53,316 nt of DNA. Origin: an uncultured bacterium. GTDB taxonomy: Bacteria > Fidelibacterota > Marinisomatia > Marinisomatales > UBA1611. The notes under the pieces were generated by a model. That model saw nothing but the letters and a program-made list of their open reading frames with translations, was not told where the DNA came from and made no database searches. The stretch is taken from assembly GCA_964586315.1 (NCBI GenBank), contig CAZPHE010000007.1, forward strand, positions 1 to 53,316, read 5' to 3'. A program made the position numbers and the translations under genes. This document shows positions 31,355-41,379 of the stretch, one piece after another. Position 1 is the first letter of the stretch, and the number at the start of each line of letters is the position of its first letter.

Positions 31355-32040
31355 TAGGATTTTATACTCAAGTCATCTGTTATCTTCCCATCAAATAATT
31401 TGATGATTCGATGGGCATGACGAGCGATATCATCTTCATGAGTAACTAAAATAATTGTATTACCATCTCGATATAATTTATTTAGAATTTCCATAATCTC
31501 ATTACCACTTTTAGAATCAAGATTCCCTGTGGGTTCATCAGCAAGAATAATTGATGGGCTATTTACCAATGCTCTTGCTATGGCAACTCGTTGTCGCTGA
31601 CCACCAGATAATTCATTAGGCTTATGATACATACGATCAGATAAACCAACACTATTTAACGCTTCTGAAGCCAGTTTTAATCTTTCATCTTTTCGTACAT
31701 TTCCATAGATAAGAGGAATTTCTACATTATGCTGTGCAGTAGCCTTAGGTAAAAGATTAAAGGTTTGAAATACAAAACCTATTTTCTGGTTTCTTATTGA
31801 TGCAAGTTGATTATCATCCATTTCTTGTACCATTTCACCTTCAAATTCATACAAACCAGATGATGGTGTATCCAAGCAACCAATCATATTCATTAAAGTA
31901 GATTTTCCTGATCCAGATGGACCCATAATCGCCAGATATTCATTTTCTTTTATTTCTAAATCTATGCCATCTAGGGCTCGTACTTCTTCACCACCTACAT
32001 TATAAATTTTATAAATATCTCTTAAAGAAATCAGATCCAC
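31354..32040 (-). CDS. MacB/LolD-type ABC ATP-binding protein
   Basis: [38 protein letters not shown]; GTG start. Confidence 0.95.
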   Translation of the reverse strand: MDLISLRDIYKIYNVGGEEVRALDGIDLEIKENEYLAIMGPSGSGKSTLMNMIGCLDTPSSGLYEFEGEMVQEMDDNQLASIRNQKIGFVFQTFNLLPKATAQHNVEIPLIYGNVRKDERLKLASEALNSVGLSDRMYHKPNELSGGQRQRVAIARALVNSPSIILADEPTGNLDSKSGNEIMEILNKLYRDGNTIILVTHEDDIARHAHRIIKLFDGKITDDLSIKS

Positions 32041-32068
32041 ACCATACCTCAGTATAATATACTATTTA

Positions 32069-33355
32069 TCAATATTTACCAGATTCTTTTTTTGAACTAA
32101 CTGCTTTACCCATATCTGTATTTTTCGTTGAAACTAAATCACCATGATTTAACTCTTTGCTAAGAACACGATAACCTCCAGTTACAATTACCTCTCCTTT
32201 TTGAGCACCTGATTCAACTGCATAATAATTTTCACCTGATATACCAACTTTTACTGGTTTGATTATAGCATATTGTTTGTCATCTAAAGCTTTTTTCCCT
32301 TCAAACTCATCTTTTAAAATAAATATTACATCGATAGGGTTTACTTTTTTGAAAGAGTTATCATCATTTTGATTATTCCATTTTTTATTCTGATTTGGAT
32401 TATTTTTTTCAGCAAAATTTTCAGGTCGTGATGTGAGTGACTGGATTGGAATAGATATAACATCTTTAATAATCTCAGTTATAATATTGACAGTACTGCT
32501 CATCCCTGGTCGTATTCTATCAGGAACAGAAATCATTTTAACTTTTACTTTAAAATTAGTGACCTGTTGCTGTGAACCCATATTTAAAGATTGGGCTGTA
32601 TGTGCTATTTCACTAACAACTCCATAAAACATTGTATCTGGATAGGCATCTATCTCAATTTCTGTAGTATCACCAATTTCAATATTTACCACATCATTTT
32701 CATTAACATCTACTTCAACCTCCATCCTACTCAAATCAGCCACTGTCATTAATACTCCAGGATTAAACATCCCACCTACAGCCATTTCTCCTTCCTCTTT
32801 TGTAATACTTGTAACAATACCATATTTAGGGGCAGTTAAACGGGTTTTTGATAGTTCATCTTCAGCTGATAATAAATTTGCATTTGCTTGCTCAGCCTGA
32901 CTTAAAGCCATTTGATAAGATGCTTCTACTTGTTCCAACTCTTGTTGAGAAATAAGTTTTTGGATGAATAGAGAATGAGTACGATCCATCTGAGCTTTTA
33001 CTTTTTTCAGGTTTGCTTCTGAAGATCTAACCTGAGAAATTGCATTATTATAGCGTGGTCGAATTTGTTTTTCATCTATACTGATTAGGTGCTGACCTGG
33101 TTCAACTGTATCGCCTTCCATAACCGTAATTTTAGTAATCCAACCTGTAATTGTAGATGTAATTTGTACAGCTTCTTCAGGTTGAATTTTACCACTAGCA
33201 TTGACTTTTTGAATGATTTCGCGAAGTTCAATAACTTCCGTATCAACAAAAATTGTTTTATTAGATCCTTTTTTTGAAATAGAATACCAAATAACGGATA
33301 TCAAAATAATTACTATTGGAATCCAAACTTTTTTCTTTTTTAGTATTTTTAACAT
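32069..33355 (-). CDS. Periplasmic adaptor (MacA-like membrane fusion protein)
   Basis: N-terminal TM, VNASGKIQP, lipoyl halves, coiled hairpin, IRPGMS. Confidence 0.92.
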   Translation of the reverse strand: MLKILKKKKVWIPIVIILISVIWYSISKKGSNKTIFVDTEVIELREIIQKVNASGKIQPEEAVQITSTITGWITKITVMEGDTVEPGQHLISIDEKQIRPRYNNAISQVRSSEANLKKVKAQMDRTHSLFIQKLISQQELEQVEASYQMALSQAEQANANLLSAEDELSKTRLTAPKYGIVTSITKEEGEMAVGGMFNPGVLMTVADLSRMEVEVDVNENDVVNIEIGDTTEIEIDAYPDTMFYGVVSEIAHTAQSLNMGSQQQVTNFKVKVKMISVPDRIRPGMSSTVNIITEIIKDVISIPIQSLTSRPENFAEKNNPNQNKKWNNQNDDNSFKKVNPIDVIFILKDEFEGKKALDDKQYAIIKPVKVGISGENYYAVESGAQKGEVIVTGGYRVLSKELNHGDLVSTKNTDMGKAVSSKKESGKY

Positions 33356-33356
33356 A

Positions 33357-34691
33357 TTATTCTTCTAGGTTGTATTCTTGATCAAGTGTGCCAAGAATTG
33401 CTTTTAAACTGGCTTCCTGAATTCTGGCATCATGTACAGTATTGATAAGAGTAGAGTTTGAACGCATAAGTGATACTTGTGCATCTAAAACTTCTAAAAT
33501 AGTTGCTGAGCCTAAGCTATACCTTTCTGTTGCTAGTTTTAAATCTTCTTCAGAAGAAGCAACAATTGCTCGATTTAAAGGTATGATCTCAGCATAATTA
33601 TTTAAAGTCTCACGAATTAATTCTGCCTGAACACGTAAATCATTTAATAGTGTTATATATGAGTATTCTGCTTGCTGCTTAGATAATTTTGCTTGTTGCT
33701 GCTGTAAAGATAAATTATTTCCAGTATAAATTGGCAGGCTCATTGAAAAATTAATTCCCAGCAACCATTCTTCATTAAATGCATCTAATAATTGATCCGT
33801 AGTTTCTCCATTTGCTGAAAAATTCATAGATGAATTAAATGATGGCAATCTAAGCCCTTTTGCCAATTTAAATGATAAATCTCCCAAATTGATTTGGTCT
33901 TGAGAAATAAGAATACTTGGATTTTGATTTTTTAATGATTTTAAAACTTCTGAACTAGATGGGATTGATGGCATGATCCATTCTTCATCTATTGCAGTTA
34001 TAGCTTGACCGAAATCTTGAAGTCCCATATCATTAAACAATGTCCTTCGAGAATTTTCAAGATTTCTTTTATTATTTAATGCGTCAACTCGTGCTTGCCC
34101 TGCTGCAACTTTTGCTTTTAAAAGATCAGTTTTTTTTACTACTCCAAGATCAAATTGTTTTTCAACTAAAGAAACCTGTTGATTTGACATCTCCAAATTT
34201 TTTTGTGCAACATCCAAAAATTTTTGTGCTTTAAGCAATCCATAATAGGATTGTATTACTTTTTGTATAACTTGGATCTTTGTTAATCGATAACTCAATT
34301 TTGAAATATTTAGAGTTGTTTTGGCCTGTTTTACTTTATTAAACGCTCTCCCACCATCATAGAGCATTTGGTTTAGAGAAACGCCTGCAGAATAATTATT
34401 TATATGGCTTAACTGAGTTGTGTCAAATGTAATAGTTTCAAAATTGAAACTAATCGATTCTCTTTGAGGAAAACGACTTTGAGTTGCATTAGTTGAAACT
34501 TGTATAGAAGGTAGTAACCCGCTGTAAGATGAGGTTAAACCATGTTTAGAGGATAAGACCTCTAGATTGGAAGACAAAACTGTTTTTTTACCATTTAGTG
34601 CAATCAGTATGCAATCATTTAATGCATAGCCCTGTGATTTTATACTATTCGAAATGGAGATAAATAGAATGAATAAATATTTGCTTATCAT
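33357..34691 (-). CDS. TolC-family outer-membrane efflux protein
   Basis: Signal peptide, two OEP repeats, ERYSLGSATILEVLDAQ. Confidence 0.92.
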   Translation of the reverse strand: MISKYLFILFISISNSIKSQGYALNDCILIALNGKKTVLSSNLEVLSSKHGLTSSYSGLLPSIQVSTNATQSRFPQRESISFNFETITFDTTQLSHINNYSAGVSLNQMLYDGGRAFNKVKQAKTTLNISKLSYRLTKIQVIQKVIQSYYGLLKAQKFLDVAQKNLEMSNQQVSLVEKQFDLGVVKKTDLLKAKVAAGQARVDALNNKRNLENSRRTLFNDMGLQDFGQAITAIDEEWIMPSIPSSSEVLKSLKNQNPSILISQDQINLGDLSFKLAKGLRLPSFNSSMNFSANGETTDQLLDAFNEEWLLGINFSMSLPIYTGNNLSLQQQQAKLSKQQAEYSYITLLNDLRVQAELIRETLNNYAEIIPLNRAIVASSEEDLKLATERYSLGSATILEVLDAQVSLMRSNSTLINTVHDARIQEASLKAILGTLDQEYNLEE

Positions 34692-34764
34692 AAATAGGTT
34701 TTAAAAAATAACCGTATTTTAGTTATTAAATAAACTCAATCTTAATAATAAGTTTTCAAAAAAT

Positions 34765-36195
34765 TTAACTGCTTTCATTTAAATAATTATCTTTTATTTC
34801 CATCAGGTAGCCTAGAGCAGCCGCATGTGTATTTTTAATTTTTCCATCAAGAATTGCTTTTTCAATAGCTGATTTTAATAACCCTACTATTTTACCCTCA
34901 GTTATATTACAAATAGACATAATCTCCTTACCTCGAACTGGAGACTGGAATGCTTTCATTTTATCTCTTTCTAAAACATTAATCATCTTTGCTTCTACTT
35001 TTGCAAAGTTTTTTAAATACTTATCAACTTTTTTAGGATCTTTTGTGGTTATATCCGCCTTACACAATATCATAAGGTCATCTAGGTCATCACCAGCTAA
35101 CACCATTAACCTTCTAACAGCAGAATCTGTTACTACATCTTTAACTAGAGAAATCGGTCGCAAATGGAGCAATGTAAGTTTTTTCAAATAATTTTTTAAC
35201 GCATTAGATAATTTCATTCTCTTTGCTATAGTCGTAATCATCTTTTCCCCAATTGCATCATGCCCATGAAAAGTATAGCCTTTGGTTTTGTCAATTCTAC
35301 GTGTTTTTGGTTTTGCTATGTCATGCACTAAAGCTGCAAAACGAAGTTCCATTTTACTCGATAGCTTTGCAGCATTATCAACAACCTGTAGAGTATGATC
35401 AAAAATATCCTTATGATGCCATTCCGATGTCTGATCCATACCATACATAATATCAATCTCAGGAAAGACTATTTTTAATAATCCTGATTTTTGCAAAATT
35501 GATAATCCTATAGAAGGTTTATCTGTATTGAGTATTTTTATTAATTCATCACGTATTCTTTCACTAGAAACAATATTTATTCTTTTCGATTGATTTTTTA
35601 TAGAATTAAAACAGGGTTTAATAATTTCAAAGCCAAGCTTAGAACAAAAGTAAACAGCCCGCATCATTCTAAGAGGATCCTCAGAAAATGTATCATCTGG
35701 ACCCAGTGGAGTTCTTATAACACATTTATTTATATCACGAATACCACCAAATGGATCTATTAAATCTCCAAATCTTGAGGGGTGGATATCCATCGCCATT
35801 GAATTAATTGTAAAATCCCTTCGACGTAAATCATCATTTAATCCAGTATAAATAACCTTGGTAGGCTTCCTTGAATTAACATTGTAGTATTCCGTGCGAG
35901 CTGTAGCAACTTCAATTGAGATTTTTTGGTTTGGGATAAATGCTGTCCCAAACTTTTCAAAAGGAACCACTTTCTTTATTCCAAGTTTTTTTGCGAGCTT
36001 TTCTGCAAATGAGATACCATCTCCAACAGTCATAATATCAATGTCATTCCGTGGCATACCCATTATGAGGTCTCTGACAAATCCACCGACAACATAGACT
36101 GGAATATTTTCTTTTTTTCCCAATTCACCAGCAGTGATTAAAATAGAATGTGAATAATCATCATTTAGATTTAATAAATTTTTAATATTTGTCAT
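34765..36195 (-). CDS. cca: CCA tRNA nucleotidyltransferase with HD domain
   Basis: VGGFVRD, DIDI, DLRRRDFTIN, EDPLRMMR, HDIAKP. Confidence 0.92.
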   Translation of the reverse strand: MTNIKNLLNLNDDYSHSILITAGELGKKENIPVYVVGGFVRDLIMGMPRNDIDIMTVGDGISFAEKLAKKLGIKKVVPFEKFGTAFIPNQKISIEVATARTEYYNVNSRKPTKVIYTGLNDDLRRRDFTINSMAMDIHPSRFGDLIDPFGGIRDINKCVIRTPLGPDDTFSEDPLRMMRAVYFCSKLGFEIIKPCFNSIKNQSKRINIVSSERIRDELIKILNTDKPSIGLSILQKSGLLKIVFPEIDIMYGMDQTSEWHHKDIFDHTLQVVDNAAKLSSKMELRFAALVHDIAKPKTRRIDKTKGYTFHGHDAIGEKMITTIAKRMKLSNALKNYLKKLTLLHLRPISLVKDVVTDSAVRRLMVLAGDDLDDLMILCKADITTKDPKKVDKYLKNFAKVEAKMINVLERDKMKAFQSPVRGKEIMSICNITEGKIVGLLKSAIEKAILDGKIKNTHAAALGYLMEIKDNYLNESS

Positions 36196-36266
36196 CGCTT
36201 AAATTACCTAGATAGATGCAATACAAACACCTTGGAAAGTAAATCCGTTATCATCAATTTACTGTC

Positions 36267-37115
36267 ATGTTAAAGAGAACTGTTTCCTTTATTCTGCCAT
36301 TTGTTTACATCAATATTCTTTTAGGTCAGTTTGTTTCTATTGATTTCACTTTAGATGATCGTTTATTAAGAAGCAACGAGAAACACGGACTTATTAATTT
36401 AAAAAATGATTTTGAAAATTTTTTTCAAAATACAACTTGGGATGAGAACTATAGTGATCTTGAAATAAATTTATATATACAGCTTATTTTTGAAGGTGTA
36501 ACACAAAAAGGCAACGAGTCGATATATAATTGCCAAGCGCTTTTTTCAAACAAAGGAGATTTACGATATTTTGATAAAAGTGTACAATTCTATTATAATT
36601 CAGGTAGTAGCTTATATTATGATCCTGTATTATTTGAACCATTAACTGGATTTTTTGCATTTTATGCCCATCTTATAGTGGCGGGTGAAATTGATACCTA
36701 TGAATTTAATGGGGGAAATAGTTCTTTTGAAATTGCTCGTGATATAGCATTGCGTGGATCTTCATCAGAATATAAAAAAGGATGGGGCTCTCGTGTTACA
36801 TTAGTAGATAACATCAATAGAAACAATGGTTTAAGAAAGGCAAGACTTGCATGGTATATTGCAATGGATTTATTTAAAGATGGTGAAATGGATGAAGTTC
36901 TAAAAGAAATAAATATTATGCTGGATGGGTTGGAACAATCATACCAAGATATTGGAAGAGATAATCACACACAATATTTTTTGAAAGTCCATTCAAATAA
37001 TATAGCAAAATTATTATCTATGCTTGGTCAAAAGGAACTCTTAAAAGATATGAAAGAACTAGACCCTGATCGAAGGGAGCTATATCAGGAAACATTAGAA
37101 TCAATATCAAAATAG
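36267..37115 (+). CDS. DUF4835 family exported protein (PorD-like)
   Basis: Signal peptide; FFQNTTW, YFDK..QFYY, LTGFFAFYAHLIVAGEIDTYEFNGG, GW..R pattern. Confidence 0.7.
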   Translation: MLKRTVSFILPFVYINILLGQFVSIDFTLDDRLLRSNEKHGLINLKNDFENFFQNTTWDENYSDLEINLYIQLIFEGVTQKGNESIYNCQALFSNKGDLRYFDKSVQFYYNSGSSLYYDPVLFEPLTGFFAFYAHLIVAGEIDTYEFNGGNSSFEIARDIALRGSSSEYKKGWGSRVTLVDNINRNNGLRKARLAWYIAMDLFKDGEMDEVLKEINIMLDGLEQSYQDIGRDNHTQYFLKVHSNNIAKLLSMLGQKELLKDMKELDPDRRELYQETLESISK

Positions 37116-38134
37116 GTTTTTTTGCCCTGAATAAAAAAAGAAACGACAATAGATTTTTTATAAAGATTCTTTGCGATTTCTTTATCTTTGTGGTTTCGAA
37201 TTGCTTTAAATCGAAAGCGTTTTTTGATTATAGTAATAGGGTGAAATAAAACCCACACTAGAGATCTGAGGATCCCTGTTGCATGATTCCAGTCAAACTT
37301 TGCAATTGCATAAAACAACGCAATAAACTCAAATATTATACGCAAGGTACCCAAATAAAAAGCATTTGGAAAAGAATAGTTTCCAAAAAGCATTAATAAT
37401 GAATTACGATGATTAAGATAATATTTTTTATGAGTTTGCATAGGTAAGGATACCGCATTTTTATGAAAAACAACTGATCTAGGCTCTGACCAAATTTGAT
37501 ACCCCATTGCTTGGAAACGCCAACAAAGATCAATCTCTTCCATATGTGCAAAAAATATTTCATCAAATTTGCCTACTTCTAAAAACAATCTTTTTCGAAC
37601 CATTAATGCTGTACCAGAAGCCCAAAAACATTGTCTTATATCATCATATTGCCCAGTATCTTCTTCTTGGTTTATAAAAATCCTCCCTCTTGCAAATGGG
37701 AAACAAAATATATCCATATAGCCACCTGAACCACCAGCATAATCAAAAATCGATTTATTATAATAGTTTAAAATTTTTGGTTGAACAGCAGCTATATTTT
37801 TATTTTTATCAATAAACTCTACCATTGTAGCAAGCCAATCTGGATCTTGAATTGTATCATTATTCAAAAATACAATTAATTCACCCTTAGCTTTTGTTGC
37901 TCCAATATTGCAACCTCCTGCATATCCATAATTTTTATTATTCTCAATTAATATAATATTGGGATATTCTTGCTTAATCCACTTTTGACTGCCATCAGAT
38001 GATGCATTATCTACAATTATAATCTCATAAGATTTGAATCGTGTTTTTATAAGAGATTGAATACATTCTGACAGTGTTTCAATACCATTCCAATGAGGAA
38101 TAATTATTGAAACTTTGATTCTATATTCGGTCAT
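37085..38134 (-). CDS. Glycosyltransferase family 2 (WbbL-like)
   Basis: IIIPHWNG, VDNASSDGS, NYGYAGGCN, FLNND, FWASG, FFAHMEEIDLCWR. Confidence 0.93.
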   Translation of the reverse strand: MTEYRIKVSIIIPHWNGIETLSECIQSLIKTRFKSYEIIIVDNASSDGSQKWIKQEYPNIILIENNKNYGYAGGCNIGATKAKGELIVFLNNDTIQDPDWLATMVEFIDKNKNIAAVQPKILNYYNKSIFDYAGGSGGYMDIFCFPFARGRIFINQEEDTGQYDDIRQCFWASGTALMVRKRLFLEVGKFDEIFFAHMEEIDLCWRFQAMGYQIWSEPRSVVFHKNAVSLPMQTHKKYYLNHRNSLLMLFGNYSFPNAFYLGTLRIIFEFIALFYAIAKFDWNHATGILRSLVWVLFHPITIIKKRFRFKAIRNHKDKEIAKNLYKKSIVVSFFIQGKKTYFDIDSNVS

Positions 38135-38145
38135 TCCGAATTGTA

Positions 38146-41100
38146 TTATTTTCCAGAGCGAATCTCTTGCAAAATCTTTTTTGCATTATCATCCAAAGGA
38201 TTACGTTGCACCCATTCAGCTAAAAGTGCCTCCGCTTCTGAAAATTGATTATTGGCTTTATATATAAAAACAAGAGATGATATTATTTCAGGATAGGCTT
38301 TTTCCCAACGACTCCATTCACCTTTCCTTACTGTTTTATTACCAAACCCCTGGCTTAGAACTATTCTTTCTTTTTGTGAGTAATCTTCTTTTAAATCTAC
38401 CAATACATTAATGGCAGTCTGAGCATCATTGAATTCTTTATAGAAAGTATTTGCATAATTAACTTTATTAAGAGGTTTCCCATTTTTACGGCTAATTAAA
38501 GTTTCCAAAATATTTTTCATTGAATTTTTTTCATCAAGATCGCCATATATTAGGGCAATCTGGTATTGAAGAGCTTCGGATTGTATGGGGATAACATCTC
38601 CAGGTATTTTTTGATCCATTTTATCTAAAACTATTATAATTTTTTCTTTTAAAGTAGCCAGTTCTTTTTCTGACCTATTTTTTTTCTTTCTATTTTTTCT
38701 TTCGTATTCCATATAGTACATCTGTGCTAATTGGATGTAGGCACTGCGATAATTTTGCAGTAAACGTTGCGTTTGATTATTATAATAAACCTTTTCATTA
38801 CCTAGGTTTCGAAACATATATCCAGGCTGATATTCTCTTGACCAAGTAAGGTATTCCTCACCGGACTCTATATGAGAAGATTTATTATTTAAACTATCAG
38901 ATGTAATATAAAAATCTTCATGATTAAAATTTGTAGACCAATATGGTGTTCCAATATCTGTCATAAGATTTTCAAACATTTTTTCTAAATCAAAATTATC
39001 TGTTTTGTGACTTTTTAATTGAAATGTAAGCCCTTGCATATCCATGTATTCATCTAGACCTATTCGATTTTGCCCTGATACAGTAACAGCAAAATATATT
39101 GGAACCTTCCAGCCCGCTTCATCAATAATATGCAAAATCATCATATCCTGAACCCGGAGGGCTTGCCCTCCATAGGTGGGTTTTACAACCCATTCAATAT
39201 ATCCTAGTTCATTTTTTGGGTCTCCATAAACTGGAACCTTAACAGTCTGTAATGCTTGAATTTTTTCTTTCAACAACTGTATTTGATTTTGAAATAATAC
39301 TTTTTGCTTCTTATCTAATGCTTTTAAAGAGTCTAATTCTATGGTAAGTTTTTTAAATTTATTAAAATCTTTCGGCCACCGCATTAGGCTTGAGGTAAGG
39401 CGATCAATTTGACGATCACTAAGATTAATGAACCTGTTTTCACCTGAACGTTTATCACGCCACTGTTTTATATACCATGGAGTGTTTAATAAACTTAGAT
39501 TCACAACAGCAACATCAGTTCTAACTTTTTCAACTTCCTGTAAATACCATAGAGGGAAGGTGTCATTATCTCCATTTGTAAAAATAACTCCATTTGGCTC
39601 ACATGATTGGAGGATATTGTAACTATAATCCCAAGCAACAAAATTACCAGATCTATCATGGGAATGATAATTTGCTCTAGCCATTACCATTGGCATAAAA
39701 ATAATTTGCATAACTAAGGCTATCACAATGAACCTTTTACTTAATTGTTTATTTTCTACATGCTTTGTAATCAATTCACTAATCGCGGCAGTACCTACAC
39801 CTATCCAAATAGAGAATGCAAAAAAACTGCCTACATACGAATAATCTCTTTCTCTTGGTTGAGGATCATCTTGATTAAGATATAAAATGATAGCATAACC
39901 TGTCATAATAAATAAAGACATAACAGAAAACGCCATTTTTTCATCACGGTATGCATGATAAAACATTCCAAAAATTCCAAGAAAAAAAGCCAATGGAAGA
40001 CCAAATTGACTCAGGTCAATACCATCCTCTCTCTTATTTGCCCCCATAGGAATTACACTTGAATTTGACGCAGGACCTCGACCACCAAACTGCCATAAAA
40101 AATAACGGTTATACATTTTACGAATCTGATAATCCCAGAAAAAACTCCATTGTTTTTTTGATTCATGACTCCTGTAATCACTCTCCTGTGAAGAAGAGAA
40201 CTGCCTTCCTGGACCTTCAGGATAACCAACTACTTCATGGATCGGTTTAATACCATTGAATCTCCTTGGAAAGATTCCAACCTCACCATACTGCTCTCTT
40301 TCTAAATAAGAAATAAACGCTTCCACAGTTTCTGGGTCATTCTCATCAATCCCAGGATTTTGATTAGATCGAATAAAAATTAAAGCATAGGTAGAATATC
40401 CAATTAAAATTAAAACCATAGATGCCAATACTAATGAAAAAAGTGTATTTCGATTTTTGATGGCCCAGACCACACCCATAAATACACTTATAATAAGAAC
40501 TCCTGTTAGTAGGACACCTATACTGGCTGCTATTTTTGGCATTCCTTTGATAATAACATTATGAATTACAAAAAATACTGCACCAGTAATTGCTACAGTG
40601 ATACCAAAAGTACTCCATTTAAAATTGTATTTTCTAAAATACATTATCAAAGCGACAAAAGGCAGGGTTAATAAATTTAATAGATGAAGTCCAGTAGCCA
40701 AACCTATCATATAAGCAATAGTAAGGATATATCTCTCATTACCATCATTATCTGCATTTTCATTCCATGCTAATATTAACCAAACAACAATTGCTGTAAA
40801 AAAAGTACTAAAAGCATATACTTCGGCTTCTACAGCATTAAACCAGTGGCTATCTGTGAATGCAAATGTAAGAGATCCAACAATTCCTGCACCAAATGCA
40901 ACCAACGCATCTCTAGAAGAATTTATATGTCCTCTCCACTGTGTAACAACCTGTACAATAATTAGGTAAAGAAACATAATAGAAAAAGCACTTACAATTG
41001 GCGATAAAATATTAACTCTAAATGCTATATCTTCGCTAATTGGAAACATTGATGCTATCCTTCCTAATAGAAGAAATAATGGACTCCCTGGTGGGTGGGG

Positions 41101-41250
41101 TACTCCTAAAGTATATGAAACAGCTATAAATTCACCGCAATCCCAATAAGAAACAGTTGGAGCCATTGTATCATAGTATACAATGAAAGATATTAACAAA
41201 GTAATACCCGCAAGTATTCTATTTAATCGAATGTGGTTTTGATAAATCAT
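38146..41250 (-). CDS. DUF2723 membrane protein (TMEM260/GT117-like GT-C-fold glycosyltransferase) with helical/TPR-like C-terminus
   Basis: APTVSYWDCGEF, VPHPPGSPLF, WFNAVEAEVY, YLEREQYG, QPRERDYSY, FTNGDNDTFPLWYLQEVE..RTDV. Confidence 0.9.
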   Translation of the reverse strand: MIYQNHIRLNRILAGITLLISFIVYYDTMAPTVSYWDCGEFIAVSYTLGVPHPPGSPLFLLLGRIASMFPISEDIAFRVNILSPIVSAFSIMFLYLIIVQVVTQWRGHINSSRDALVAFGAGIVGSLTFAFTDSHWFNAVEAEVYAFSTFFTAIVVWLILAWNENADNDGNERYILTIAYMIGLATGLHLLNLLTLPFVALIMYFRKYNFKWSTFGITVAITGAVFFVIHNVIIKGMPKIAASIGVLLTGVLIISVFMGVVWAIKNRNTLFSLVLASMVLILIGYSTYALIFIRSNQNPGIDENDPETVEAFISYLEREQYGEVGIFPRRFNGIKPIHEVVGYPEGPGRQFSSSQESDYRSHESKKQWSFFWDYQIRKMYNRYFLWQFGGRGPASNSSVIPMGANKREDGIDLSQFGLPLAFFLGIFGMFYHAYRDEKMAFSVMSLFIMTGYAIILYLNQDDPQPRERDYSYVGSFFAFSIWIGVGTAAISELITKHVENKQLSKRFIVIALVMQIIFMPMVMARANYHSHDRSGNFVAWDYSYNILQSCEPNGVIFTNGDNDTFPLWYLQEVEKVRTDVAVVNLSLLNTPWYIKQWRDKRSGENRFINLSDRQIDRLTSSLMRWPKDFNKFKKLTIELDSLKALDKKQKVLFQNQIQLLKEKIQALQTVKVPVYGDPKNELGYIEWVVKPTYGGQALRVQDMMILHIIDEAGWKVPIYFAVTVSGQNRIGLDEYMDMQGLTFQLKSHKTDNFDLEKMFENLMTDIGTPYWSTNFNHEDFYITSDSLNNKSSHIESGEEYLTWSREYQPGYMFRNLGNEKVYYNNQTQRLLQNYRSAYIQLAQMYYMEYERKNRKKKNRSEKELATLKEKIIIVLDKMDQKIPGDVIPIQSEALQYQIALIYGDLDEKNSMKNILETLISRKNGKPLNKVNYANTFYKEFNDAQTAINVLVDLKEDYSQKERIVLSQGFGNKTVRKGEWSRWEKAYPEIISSLVFIYKANNQFSEAEALLAEWVQRNPLDDNAKKILQEIRSGK

Positions 41251-41379
41251 TGCTATCTCTTATATAAAAAATATTTAATTATATATAATTATAATTTCAA
41301 ACTATTCATAATATTCTATTTAGAAAAATAAAAGTCGCGGAATTTAGTTCCTCTTATTTATAGACAAAACGAGTATTAA

